From IMG/VR virus record IMGVR_UViG_3300020152_000019: a DNA stretch of 64,000 bases. One strand, given 5' to 3'. The number at the start of each line of letters is the position of its first letter. Position 1 is the stretch's first letter. The DNA is from a virus. The translations under genes were made by a program, and so were the position numbers. Positions 18,172 through 26,725 of this stretch are shown here, in pieces. The notes beneath the pieces were generated by a model that worked only from the letters and a program-made list of their open reading frames with translations, did no database searches and was not told where the DNA came from.

Positions 18172-18623
18172 TAGTTGGAGATAAAGAAGTACCGAAACAT
18201 ATCTCTAACTTTCATTTTGGTTATTATATAAACTTTGACGAGTTTATAGAAGAGACCATTCGACATCTTAAAGGTAATAAAGATTATTTCTATAACAAGC
18301 AATTGTTTATAGAAATTTATGAAACCAAGTATCGGATCTGTGATCATCTCAACACAGTCAATCCTCTGTCTTCAGTGCAGTTTAATGAACCAGAAGACTA
18401 CTTTAGTAAAACTCTGTATGACGGATACTTAAATATTTTCATCTATAGAGAACTAGGAAAAAAACTTAATATGTCTTTTGATGATTTTATTAATAGACCT
18501 CGATACGAGATTGAGGCTATGATAAAGGTTGTCGAAGATGTAGATAAGAAAAAGATAAAAATGAATGAGGATATCGCTAAGGACTTAGAAAAAAATGTTC
18601 CTAAACCTCCTCCTACTGAATGA
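18123..18623 (+). CDS. -1 frameshift extension (GT-like); alternatively a TTG-started ORF 18303..18623
   Basis: frame open from 18090 to 18623 with no ATG before about 18470; entered by a -1 slip at T TTT TTT 18117-18123. Confidence 0.55.
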   Translation, partial: YANNFKNFEDPREGSVIVGDKEVPKHISNFHFGYYINFDEFIEETIRHLKGNKDYFYNKQLFIEIYETKYRICDHLNTVNPLSSVQFNEPEDYFSKTLYDGYLNIFIYRELGKKLNMSFDDFINRPRYEIEAMIKVVEDVDKKKIKMNEDIAKDLEKNVPKPPPTE

Positions 18624-18688
18624 TAATAAAGAGACAACCACAGTCTAGTGCTGTGGTTGTTTTCTATCTTTGTAAAGGAAAAAAACAC

Positions 18689-20752
18689 ATGGTACTAAAT
18701 AAACACCATGGCAATATACCTTTCGATGCTATCTATATCGGAAGAGGAAGTAAATGGGGTAATCCGTATGAAATGGGTAAAGACGGTAACCGCGATGAAG
18801 TATGTGATAAATATGATCGGTATTTAGAAGAACAAATAAAAACTGGTAAATTCACATTAGAAGAACTAGCCTCGTTACATAATAAAGATTTAGTATGTTA
18901 TTGTCATCCTAAGAGATGTCATGGACATTCATTAGAAAAAGCCGCGAAATGGGCTTGGAATAAATTAAATAAAGATAAAGAAACATTCTTTTTTCACACA
19001 AAAGTGAATGACGTGAATAAAGAATTGGAGCCTAAAATGTCTAAAGAAATCGTCAAAAAGGAAGTGCGGTTTGCATGGCATCTTCCTAGAAACGACTACA
19101 GGCCAGATCTACATTATGTTCGAGAAGATATTACCTACAAAGATGGTACTCAAGAACCTAATTGTTATTTCGCTGAAGATTTTGAACGTCCGGTGTACGT
19201 AACTAAAGAAAACTTTAGAAATCACTACGATAAAAAAGAGTTTGAATATCGAGATAAACTCAATCGTCAAATGACTACTCAATCGGATATGGAACGAGTA
19301 GTGCGTGGCATGCTTGGTCACAAAGAGAATGAAAGAGTCAAAGGAGAAGTAAAGAACTCTCCTTACGTGTACGCTTATGATGTTACCTCTACCTCTCTTA
19401 TCAAATATACCACGTTAAAGAAGAATGATTTTATTCAATCTCCCTATAGTGTAGCGGCATTCGATATTGAAACAAATCCCGATACCCAAGAAATTCTTTT
19501 GTCGACGGTCGCGTTTAAGAATAAAGTGCATACTTCTATTCTTAGAAAGTTTGTCAAGAATATCGCAGACGTAGAAGGTAGAATCAGAAAAGCAATTGCG
19601 CATTATCTGCCGGACTACGTAGGATTAGAATATAGCTTTGGTGTGTATGATTCTGAAGTCGATCTGTTAAAGGATAACTTTAGAGTCATTAATAAATGGA
19701 AGCCTGCGTTCTTAGCTATTTGGAACATGGATTTCGATATTCCCAAGATCTTAGAACGACTGAAGCATTATAACGTGAATCCGACCGATGTGTTATGCGA
19801 TCAAGCGATCCCAAGACCTTATCGGATGTGTCGTTATAAACAAGGTCAGAAGAAGAAGGTTACTGCGTCAGGGGTGGTAAAACCTATTAACCCCAGTCTG
19901 CAATGGCATACTTTAATTGTGACGGCTCCTTACTATGTAATTGATGCGATGTGTGTATATCGCCAGTTACGTATGGCAGGACAAGAAGAAACGAGTTATG
20001 CTCTTGATGCGATTCTAAAGAAAGAAGGCATTGGTGGTAAGTTAAAGTTTGAACCAGCCAATGGTTATTCTGGAATCAAATGGCACTTATTCTTACAAGA
20101 GAATTACCCGATTGAATATATCGTATATAATATCTACGACTGCTTAGGAATGCTAGAGTTAGATAAGAAGATTAAAGATCTTTCTTCTACTCTGCCTTCG
20201 TTTGCGGGTATTACTGATTTCCAGAAGTTTAGTAGTCAAGTACGGAAGATCTCTGACGCTGTGTTTCTGTTTGGTTTGGAAAAGAACCGTATCATTGGTA
20301 CAGTTCCCAAGATTGAAAAAACAGAAGAAGAACTGGTTGATGTACCTGACGAAGTATTAGACAATAATGGTGACGATGAAGAAGAAGACACTGAAGATAA
20401 ACCTAATAAATATAAGACATTAGATCTTAAAGGGTGGATTCAATTACTTCCTCAGAATCTATTATTACATGAAGGTCTACAGTGTTTAGAAGAATATCCC
20501 AACGCTGTGACTAATCTTAGAGGTTTAACTTGCGATCTGGATGCTACTTCTTCTTATCCGTCTTGCACTCTCGTTGGTAATGTATCGAAAGAGACGTGTG
20601 TAAACGAATTGATTCGTATCGATGGAATTGATGAAGAAACATTTAGAGAACAAAACCTAAGTATTTGTTTAGGCAATGCTAACATATTGGAATATTTCAG
20701 CGTGATGTTTGGGATGCCGAGTATGTCAGAAATAGATGCGTATTTAGATTAG
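18689..20752 (+). CDS. DUF4326 domain fused to the split family-B DNA polymerase exonuclease subunit
   Basis: IYIGRGSKWGNPY...LVCYCHPKRCHG; ExoI FDIET, ExoII WNMDFD, ExoIII YNIYD; PolB motif A DLDATSSYPS; internal GGAG-ATG at 19037. Confidence 0.8.
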   Translation: MVLNKHHGNIPFDAIYIGRGSKWGNPYEMGKDGNRDEVCDKYDRYLEEQIKTGKFTLEELASLHNKDLVCYCHPKRCHGHSLEKAAKWAWNKLNKDKETFFFHTKVNDVNKELEPKMSKEIVKKEVRFAWHLPRNDYRPDLHYVREDITYKDGTQEPNCYFAEDFERPVYVTKENFRNHYDKKEFEYRDKLNRQMTTQSDMERVVRGMLGHKENERVKGEVKNSPYVYAYDVTSTSLIKYTTLKKNDFIQSPYSVAAFDIETNPDTQEILLSTVAFKNKVHTSILRKFVKNIADVEGRIRKAIAHYLPDYVGLEYSFGVYDSEVDLLKDNFRVINKWKPAFLAIWNMDFDIPKILERLKHYNVNPTDVLCDQAIPRPYRMCRYKQGQKKKVTASGVVKPINPSLQWHTLIVTAPYYVIDAMCVYRQLRMAGQEETSYALDAILKKEGIGGKLKFEPANGYSGIKWHLFLQENYPIEYIVYNIYDCLGMLELDKKIKDLSSTLPSFAGITDFQKFSSQVRKISDAVFLFGLEKNRIIGTVPKIEKTEEELVDVPDEVLDNNGDDEEEDTEDKPNKYKTLDLKGWIQLLPQNLLLHEGLQCLEEYPNAVTNLRGLTCDLDATSSYPSCTLVGNVSKETCVNELIRIDGIDEETFREQNLSICLGNANILEYFSVMFGMPSMSEIDAYLD

Positions 20753-20907
20753 GGAAATAATATGGAAGAAAAGGGTTGTGGTGACTATCACGTTTGTCGG
20801 AAAGCGTGATTTCTTCTTTGTTTGTCTCCTTAGTTGTGTTTTTATGACCACCAGTGTTAAGTCACTGGTGGTCATTTTTTGACATTACTAACAATTTTAG
20901 GCTTCTT

Positions 20908-22236
20908 ATGAAATCGCTAGCACTGGAACTAATTGATTACCAGAATAAAGATAAGTTTCCAGAGAAACTTACCAATATCATTGAAGACATTTATAAAGAA
21001 ATAGACGATCAAAAGTATACGAAAAACATTGAGTTAATTGGTAAATCTGAAAACGCAAGACGTATAGAAAAGTTAATTCGTGAACGTTTTAATTTGAATG
21101 TTGTTTTTGATAAAGAGTTTTCTGAGTTTTACATGGCAGCGATTTTGCCATTCATGTCAGATTACTTATCCGCTAGTTCTACATTGAATAATATCTCCAC
21201 GAAAATCTTTAGCGATCTCTTTTCTGGTATTAATATTTACAAGCACTATCATGAACTAGAAACAGAAAGAGAAAAGTATTTTAAACGTATCCATAACCGT
21301 AAAGGATTTGTGGATAAAAAGAACGCGCGTGTCGGTGGTTATCTATCCGATGTCAAGAACTACTTGCTGGTGAACTTCTTTATGATGAAAGCAGAAGACA
21401 TCACACCAGCAGAAGCAGCGGCGATCATTACCCATGAGATCGGTCATGCGTTTGTAGGATTAGAGACGCATCATCGTTTAACGACGACCAATTCGACGAT
21501 CATGGATATCATGGATAATATCAATAAGAATAAACATGATAAAGCTATTTATATCTTTAAAAAGAATTTTGACGTTGAAGACTTAGAAAAAACTTCATTG
21601 GATAACAGTAAAGAAATTACGGATTTCTACGGGAAGCTTGCGAATAAGTATTTAGGTGAATTGAATTCTCAACTCATCAACAATAAGTACGATGAAACGA
21701 ACTTTGAGAATCTCGCAGATAGTTTTGCTGTACGTTTCAATATGGGTAAAGATTTGTTTAGCGGTTTATATAAATTACATACTCAATATGGACATATCAC
21801 ACAAAGAAGTAGTTTCATGTACTGGACTGCGTTAATCATTGAAGCGATCACCTTAGCTATTCTTCTTATTCTCTGTGGACCTATGGCACTCGGTGTGGCT
21901 GTCGTTATTCTAATTGCGTTAACGAATCTTCCCAGCGGACATATGACCTATGATAACGCAATGGATCGTTATAACAGAATAAGAAACGGTATTATCAATA
22001 ACCTCAAGAATGAAAAGTTACCTGCTAATATCGCGAAAGACTTGGTAGATCAATTTGTCGTCATTGACACTGTCATGAAAAACAGTACACATTTTGATTC
22101 GATCCTTGATACGCTCTTTGGTGCATTAGATTTCGGTAACAGTTCAGATAACTATTACATCAAATTACAGCAAACTATAGAGAATTCTCTGAACAATATT
22201 CTCTTTGTTAAATCTTCTCAGTTAAGAACACTTTAA
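20908..22236 (+). CDS. putative head protein with zincin HEXXH motif and hydrophobic segment
   Basis: THEIGH, ENLADSFA, N-terminal ALE processing motif, hydrophobic ALIIEAITLAILLILCG. Confidence 0.7.
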   Translation: MKSLALELIDYQNKDKFPEKLTNIIEDIYKEIDDQKYTKNIELIGKSENARRIEKLIRERFNLNVVFDKEFSEFYMAAILPFMSDYLSASSTLNNISTKIFSDLFSGINIYKHYHELETEREKYFKRIHNRKGFVDKKNARVGGYLSDVKNYLLVNFFMMKAEDITPAEAAAIITHEIGHAFVGLETHHRLTTTNSTIMDIMDNINKNKHDKAIYIFKKNFDVEDLEKTSLDNSKEITDFYGKLANKYLGELNSQLINNKYDETNFENLADSFAVRFNMGKDLFSGLYKLHTQYGHITQRSSFMYWTALIIEAITLAILLILCGPMALGVAVVILIALTNLPSGHMTYDNAMDRYNRIRNGIINNLKNEKLPANIAKDLVDQFVVIDTVMKNSTHFDSILDTLFGALDFGNSSDNYYIKLQQTIENSLNNILFVKSSQLRTL

Positions 22237-22246
22237 GGAGTTTTTC

Positions 22247-22708
22247 ATGTATGCATTTTCTTCAGATCTGTCCGGTAGACTCAATCTCCTGCAACAGAGG
22301 AAGTTAGGTAAGGGAGAAATCTTCTTACTGGCTAAAGCAATCGCCGATTCTATTCCGTTAGCACCGGCTGAAACTGATAACATCGCTCTGTTTACGATTA
22401 ATCATCGTAGCTTCATGAACAATGTGATTTACTCGATGGCTGAGTTTACTTACATTGACGACGAAAACGTGAAGACGATTTACCGTCTGGTGGATGAATT
22501 GAGTCTGTGGCGTTATAGCGTTGCTCACAATCCGCCGAGCATTTTGTTTAGAGGCGACACGAACACGGTGATTGATGATATCTCTTGCTTGCCGCGTTAT
22601 ATTGACGTATCGAATATGTGTGCCGTAGCTGATATCGTAGATAAAGCTAACTGGGTTTATAACATGTTTAGAGACGTTGCTAAAGAAGTTAAAGCTGCTA
22701 AACAATAA
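22247..22708 (+). CDS. hypothetical protein
   Basis: 153 aa, AAGGAG RBS. Confidence 0.75.
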   Translation: MYAFSSDLSGRLNLLQQRKLGKGEIFLLAKAIADSIPLAPAETDNIALFTINHRSFMNNVIYSMAEFTYIDDENVKTIYRLVDELSLWRYSVAHNPPSILFRGDTNTVIDDISCLPRYIDVSNMCAVADIVDKANWVYNMFRDVAKEVKAAKQ

Positions 22709-22730
22709 CTTCTTAAGGTAGGAGTTCACA

Positions 22731-23693
22731 ATGTCTCTCAACCAAATTCTAAATGACATACAAGATAACGTCAACAATATCCCGATAGCCACTGAAGGTA
22801 TAGTGTTAACGAATCAAAAAGAATCTAAGTTCAAAGTTGCTCCGACTAATCTAGATCAAAAAGTTCTAGAGAAGTTTAACACTTTGTACAACGTTATTAC
22901 GACTAGAAAAAACATCTATCCTTTAACTAAAGTAGATCGTAAAATTGCTCAAGAAGTATTTACGATGTTGCCTGAAGTTAATCCGGTAGAACAAGCGAAG
23001 ATCACGAGTTATCCTTCCACGATCAATAAAGACATCTTAGATGGTGTGTTAAATAAGATTGTGGAAACGATGCCGACAGAGATCATTACTCTGTTCACAG
23101 AACTCGCAGACCAAATCACTAGCAATACCGAAAACATCGAGAAGGTTGTCGAAGGCGTCACGTTATACGCTGACGTGTACGATAGAGAATCTAAACGACT
23201 CTCTGTGAATAAACCTCTCATTATCTATGATAAAGATAGTAAAGATTTGTTCCAGAGCGATCTAATCAATTGCATGTATTTTAAAGATACTGAATTGGAT
23301 TATGAAAAGTATGCTGGAAAGTTAAATAAGATGTTTGAGGAGTTGTATTACGATCCGACGCTTCAAACGTTCTATGAGCATTTCATTCCTAAGACTGAAG
23401 GACAACCTTCCGTAACGATTAATTCGACAAGCTTAGCAAGTTTATGCGAAACACTGATTAACTTAAAGAACAGTGTTACAGCGGATAAATCGTTTTTGAA
23501 TCATTATTCTGAAACGCTTGTTAAGAATTTAACTAATGATTCTAAGACTATTACGGACGATAGTGTTTACTTAGTTAATAACTTTAATTCGATTGTTTCT
23601 TGTCTGAATACGTATAAGGTGTTGTTTGATATCTTCGATCAACAAGATCACTTTTTCGAAAAACTCAAGAGACTTCTTGAGTTCCTTGATTAA
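22731..23693 (+). CDS. putative processed head protein
   Basis: 320 aa, IPIATE-G maturation motif near the N-terminus. Confidence 0.6.
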   Translation: MSLNQILNDIQDNVNNIPIATEGIVLTNQKESKFKVAPTNLDQKVLEKFNTLYNVITTRKNIYPLTKVDRKIAQEVFTMLPEVNPVEQAKITSYPSTINKDILDGVLNKIVETMPTEIITLFTELADQITSNTENIEKVVEGVTLYADVYDRESKRLSVNKPLIIYDKDSKDLFQSDLINCMYFKDTELDYEKYAGKLNKMFEELYYDPTLQTFYEHFIPKTEGQPSVTINSTSLASLCETLINLKNSVTADKSFLNHYSETLVKNLTNDSKTITDDSVYLVNNFNSIVSCLNTYKVLFDIFDQQDHFFEKLKRLLEFLD

Positions 23694-23795
23694 TACTTCC
23701 GAGAACAGAAGGAGCAATCCTTCTGTTCTCTTATTTAGCTTGCTTTCTTAAGATCATCCTGTGAGTTTCAGCCTATAGTCAAAAAGGAGTTTAAC

Positions 23796-26678
23796 ATGAG
23801 ATTTAAGATTCTTAAACAGGGCGGATATAATAGCGGCGGTATATCTGAAACCGGTGGTAACATGTCCGGTCCGTTAGTGCTTGCTGCTAATCCTACCGAA
23901 AATTTACATGCCGCTTCGAAGTCCTATGTGGACACCGCGTTAGGTAATTTAAACGCAGCAAGTCTTACTAGTGGTCTTATTCCGGCTGAAAGATTACCGG
24001 CAATGACCGGCGACATTACCAATGTTGCTGGTAGTAATTCGTTTTCTTTATCTGATACTGGTATATCTCCTGGCACTTATGCTAAGGTTACTGTCAATGC
24101 AAAAGGTCGTATCACTAATGGTTACCCATTAGCCGAATCTGATATCCCTAATTTAGATTGGAGTAAGATCGTCACTGGTAAACCTACAACTGTCGCTGGT
24201 TATGGCATCACTGACGCTGTGCCTTCTACCGGTGGTACGTTAACTGGAGATTTAGTTGTTAATACCTCTCCCAGTAATCCATTACATATCGTCACTAAAG
24301 CTTATGTAGATTCTCTCGCGCAAAATAATACTAGTGGTATGAATGTGAATGTCGGTGATGTGGTGAGAAAAATCACTAACGTTACTCCTGCTGGTTTCTT
24401 GCGATGCAATGGTGGACAAGTCAGTAGAACTACTTATAGCGCTTTATTTAATGTTATAAAAGATCCATATACAGTTAAAGCTACAGTAGATTATACTAGC
24501 TATAGTGCAATGGGAGCTGGTACTCCTTGGAAACAACAATACGATATTAATTCTTTACAAAGCGGAGATATTACTGGCTGGACCACGAGTGGTTCGTTAG
24601 ATAGTAAAAATACTATTAACTCGTTAATAATTGTAACGAAAAATAAAGTCCATGCAATTGGCGGTAATGCTATGCCGGGTGGTTCGCTTCAAAATGTTGT
24701 TAATACAGCTACGATAAGGGACGACGGCACATTAACCGGATGGAGTGCTTCTACACCTTTCCCGTATACTATAAGTTATGGTCAAGCTGTAGTTACTAAA
24801 AATAGAGTCTATGTGTTTGGTGGTTTTATTAATGGATCTTACACTGCGACTGTATATACGGCTCTTATCAACGCTGACGGCACGTTAGGTGCTTGGACTA
24901 CCAGTGAAAATAGTTTACCAACACCTGTAGGTTTTTCTCAGATTGTCGTCACTAAAAATAGAGTATATAGTTTAGGCGGAGCTAATTCTAGCGGAAGTAT
25001 TACTGCTGTTTATACTGCTCCTATCAATTCTGATGGCACGTTAGGTGTATGGACTACTAGCTCTAATTCTTTACCTGTAGCGATAAGAAACTCTCAAGTT
25101 GTTGTTACTAAAAATAGAGCATACTTATTAGGCGGTGATGTAAATGGCACTAATTCTTCTGTCGTTTACACTGCGGTTATTAATAGTGACGGTACGTTAG
25201 GTGCTTGGTCTAACGCGAATAATAATTTACCAGGAGGTATCGCGTATTCACAAGCTATTGTCACTAAAAATAAAGTTTATATGTTGGGCGGACACAATGG
25301 TAGTCCCGTTTCTACGGTATACACTGCTCCTGTTAACGCTGATGGTACATTAGGAACATGGTCTACTAGTACCTCGTTACCTGCTGTTCTATCCAATTCC
25401 CAAGCTATTGTCACTAAAGGTCGGGTATACTTATTAGGTGGAAGTACTTCCGGAGAATCTAGTCCTACTATTTACACTGCTACTATAGCAGGAGGAACAG
25501 CAGATTATTCTATTTTCCATGATGGCACCATCAATAAGTTTGACGGCTCTGACATTTCTGGATCTACTATTTTATATGATACGTATGACGATTTTTCATT
25601 AAATACGCAACCTGGTTCTGGGCAACCTTGGAAAAATCAATATGAAATAAATTCATCTCACACTGGAGATACTTTATCTGCTTGGACTACGACTACTTCT
25701 TTACCAACAACGATAACTGAATCTAACGCTGTAGTAACTAAAAACAGAGTCTACTTATTAGGCGGACATGTAAGCAATAATCAATCTTCGGCTATTTATA
25801 CTGCTCCTATCAATGCCGATGGTACCTTAGGTACTTGGACTACAGCAGGTAATTTACCTATTAGTATATCTTCAACTCAAGCAATAGTCGCTAAAAACAG
25901 AGTTTACATTATAGGTCCTTCTACAATTTATTCTGCACCGATTAACACTGACGGTACTTTAGGTGTTTGGTCGTTAATTGGTAACGCACCAAGTAACGCT
26001 TACGATTCTCAAGTAGTAGTTATTAAAAATAGACTTTATATATTTAGCGGTCTTAATACCATTTCTTGTATCATTAATGATGATGGAACATTAAGTAATT
26101 GGACTACTGCTGCTACTTTTACTGATTCCATGTATTATGGACAAGCTATAGTTATAAAAAATAGAGTATATATTCTTGGAAGTGTGGATAGTTCTCTTTC
26201 TCTTCCAAGTAATAAAATTTATTACGCTCCTATTAATGCTGATGGTACTCTGGGCAATTGGACTTTATATAGTACGATGCCAACGAGATTATGCGAATTC
26301 CAGTTTTTTGTTAGTAAAAACACGTTATTTATCATTGGTGGATGTAGTCAATTTACTTATGGTTCTGCGAGAACTGATGTTTATTACTGCGCGATACAAA
26401 GCGATGGTAGTTTAGGAGCTTGGCTACCTGGTAATAGTTTACCAGTAGCAATGTTCGATCACCAATTGATCGCTACAAAAAATAGATTATATCTGTTAGG
26501 TGGCGCTGATACTGTTACGAATATTTCTACTGTTTACACTGCTACTATATCTGGAGGGTTAAATGATTATTCTCCTTACTATGATGGCACGATAACTGCT
26601 ATTGAACCTAATAACTTTAAATTGCCTGATTATAGCAATAAAGAACTTCCTGGTTCTTATAGTTACATCAAGTATTAA
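23796..26678 (+). CDS. second tail fibre paralog with collar domain and two Kelch-like propellers
   Basis: same architecture as 7856..10750; 12 blades; ends FKLPD...YIKY. Confidence 0.85.
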   Translation: MRFKILKQGGYNSGGISETGGNMSGPLVLAANPTENLHAASKSYVDTALGNLNAASLTSGLIPAERLPAMTGDITNVAGSNSFSLSDTGISPGTYAKVTVNAKGRITNGYPLAESDIPNLDWSKIVTGKPTTVAGYGITDAVPSTGGTLTGDLVVNTSPSNPLHIVTKAYVDSLAQNNTSGMNVNVGDVVRKITNVTPAGFLRCNGGQVSRTTYSALFNVIKDPYTVKATVDYTSYSAMGAGTPWKQQYDINSLQSGDITGWTTSGSLDSKNTINSLIIVTKNKVHAIGGNAMPGGSLQNVVNTATIRDDGTLTGWSASTPFPYTISYGQAVVTKNRVYVFGGFINGSYTATVYTALINADGTLGAWTTSENSLPTPVGFSQIVVTKNRVYSLGGANSSGSITAVYTAPINSDGTLGVWTTSSNSLPVAIRNSQVVVTKNRAYLLGGDVNGTNSSVVYTAVINSDGTLGAWSNANNNLPGGIAYSQAIVTKNKVYMLGGHNGSPVSTVYTAPVNADGTLGTWSTSTSLPAVLSNSQAIVTKGRVYLLGGSTSGESSPTIYTATIAGGTADYSIFHDGTINKFDGSDISGSTILYDTYDDFSLNTQPGSGQPWKNQYEINSSHTGDTLSAWTTTTSLPTTITESNAVVTKNRVYLLGGHVSNNQSSAIYTAPINADGTLGTWTTAGNLPISISSTQAIVAKNRVYIIGPSTIYSAPINTDGTLGVWSLIGNAPSNAYDSQVVVIKNRLYIFSGLNTISCIINDDGTLSNWTTAATFTDSMYYGQAIVIKNRVYILGSVDSSLSLPSNKIYYAPINADGTLGNWTLYSTMPTRLCEFQFFVSKNTLFIIGGCSQFTYGSARTDVYYCAIQSDGSLGAWLPGNSLPVAMFDHQLIATKNRLYLLGGADTVTNISTVYTATISGGLNDYSPYYDGTITAIEPNNFKLPDYSNKELPGSYSYIKY

Positions 26679-26683
26679 TTAAA

Positions 26684-26722
26684 AGATATCCCTACCAGAG
26701 TAATCTCTGGTAGGGATATTCT
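26684..26722. terminator. bidirectional intrinsic terminator
   Basis: hairpin ATATCCCTACCAGAG-TAAT-CTCTGGTAGGGATAT between convergent genes. Confidence 0.85.
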
Positions 26723-26725
26723 ATC

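Noticed and set aside
18620-18688. N-terminal extension of the PolB ORF from an alternative start
   Set aside because: It runs through a terminator hairpin; the RBS-supported ATG is at 18689
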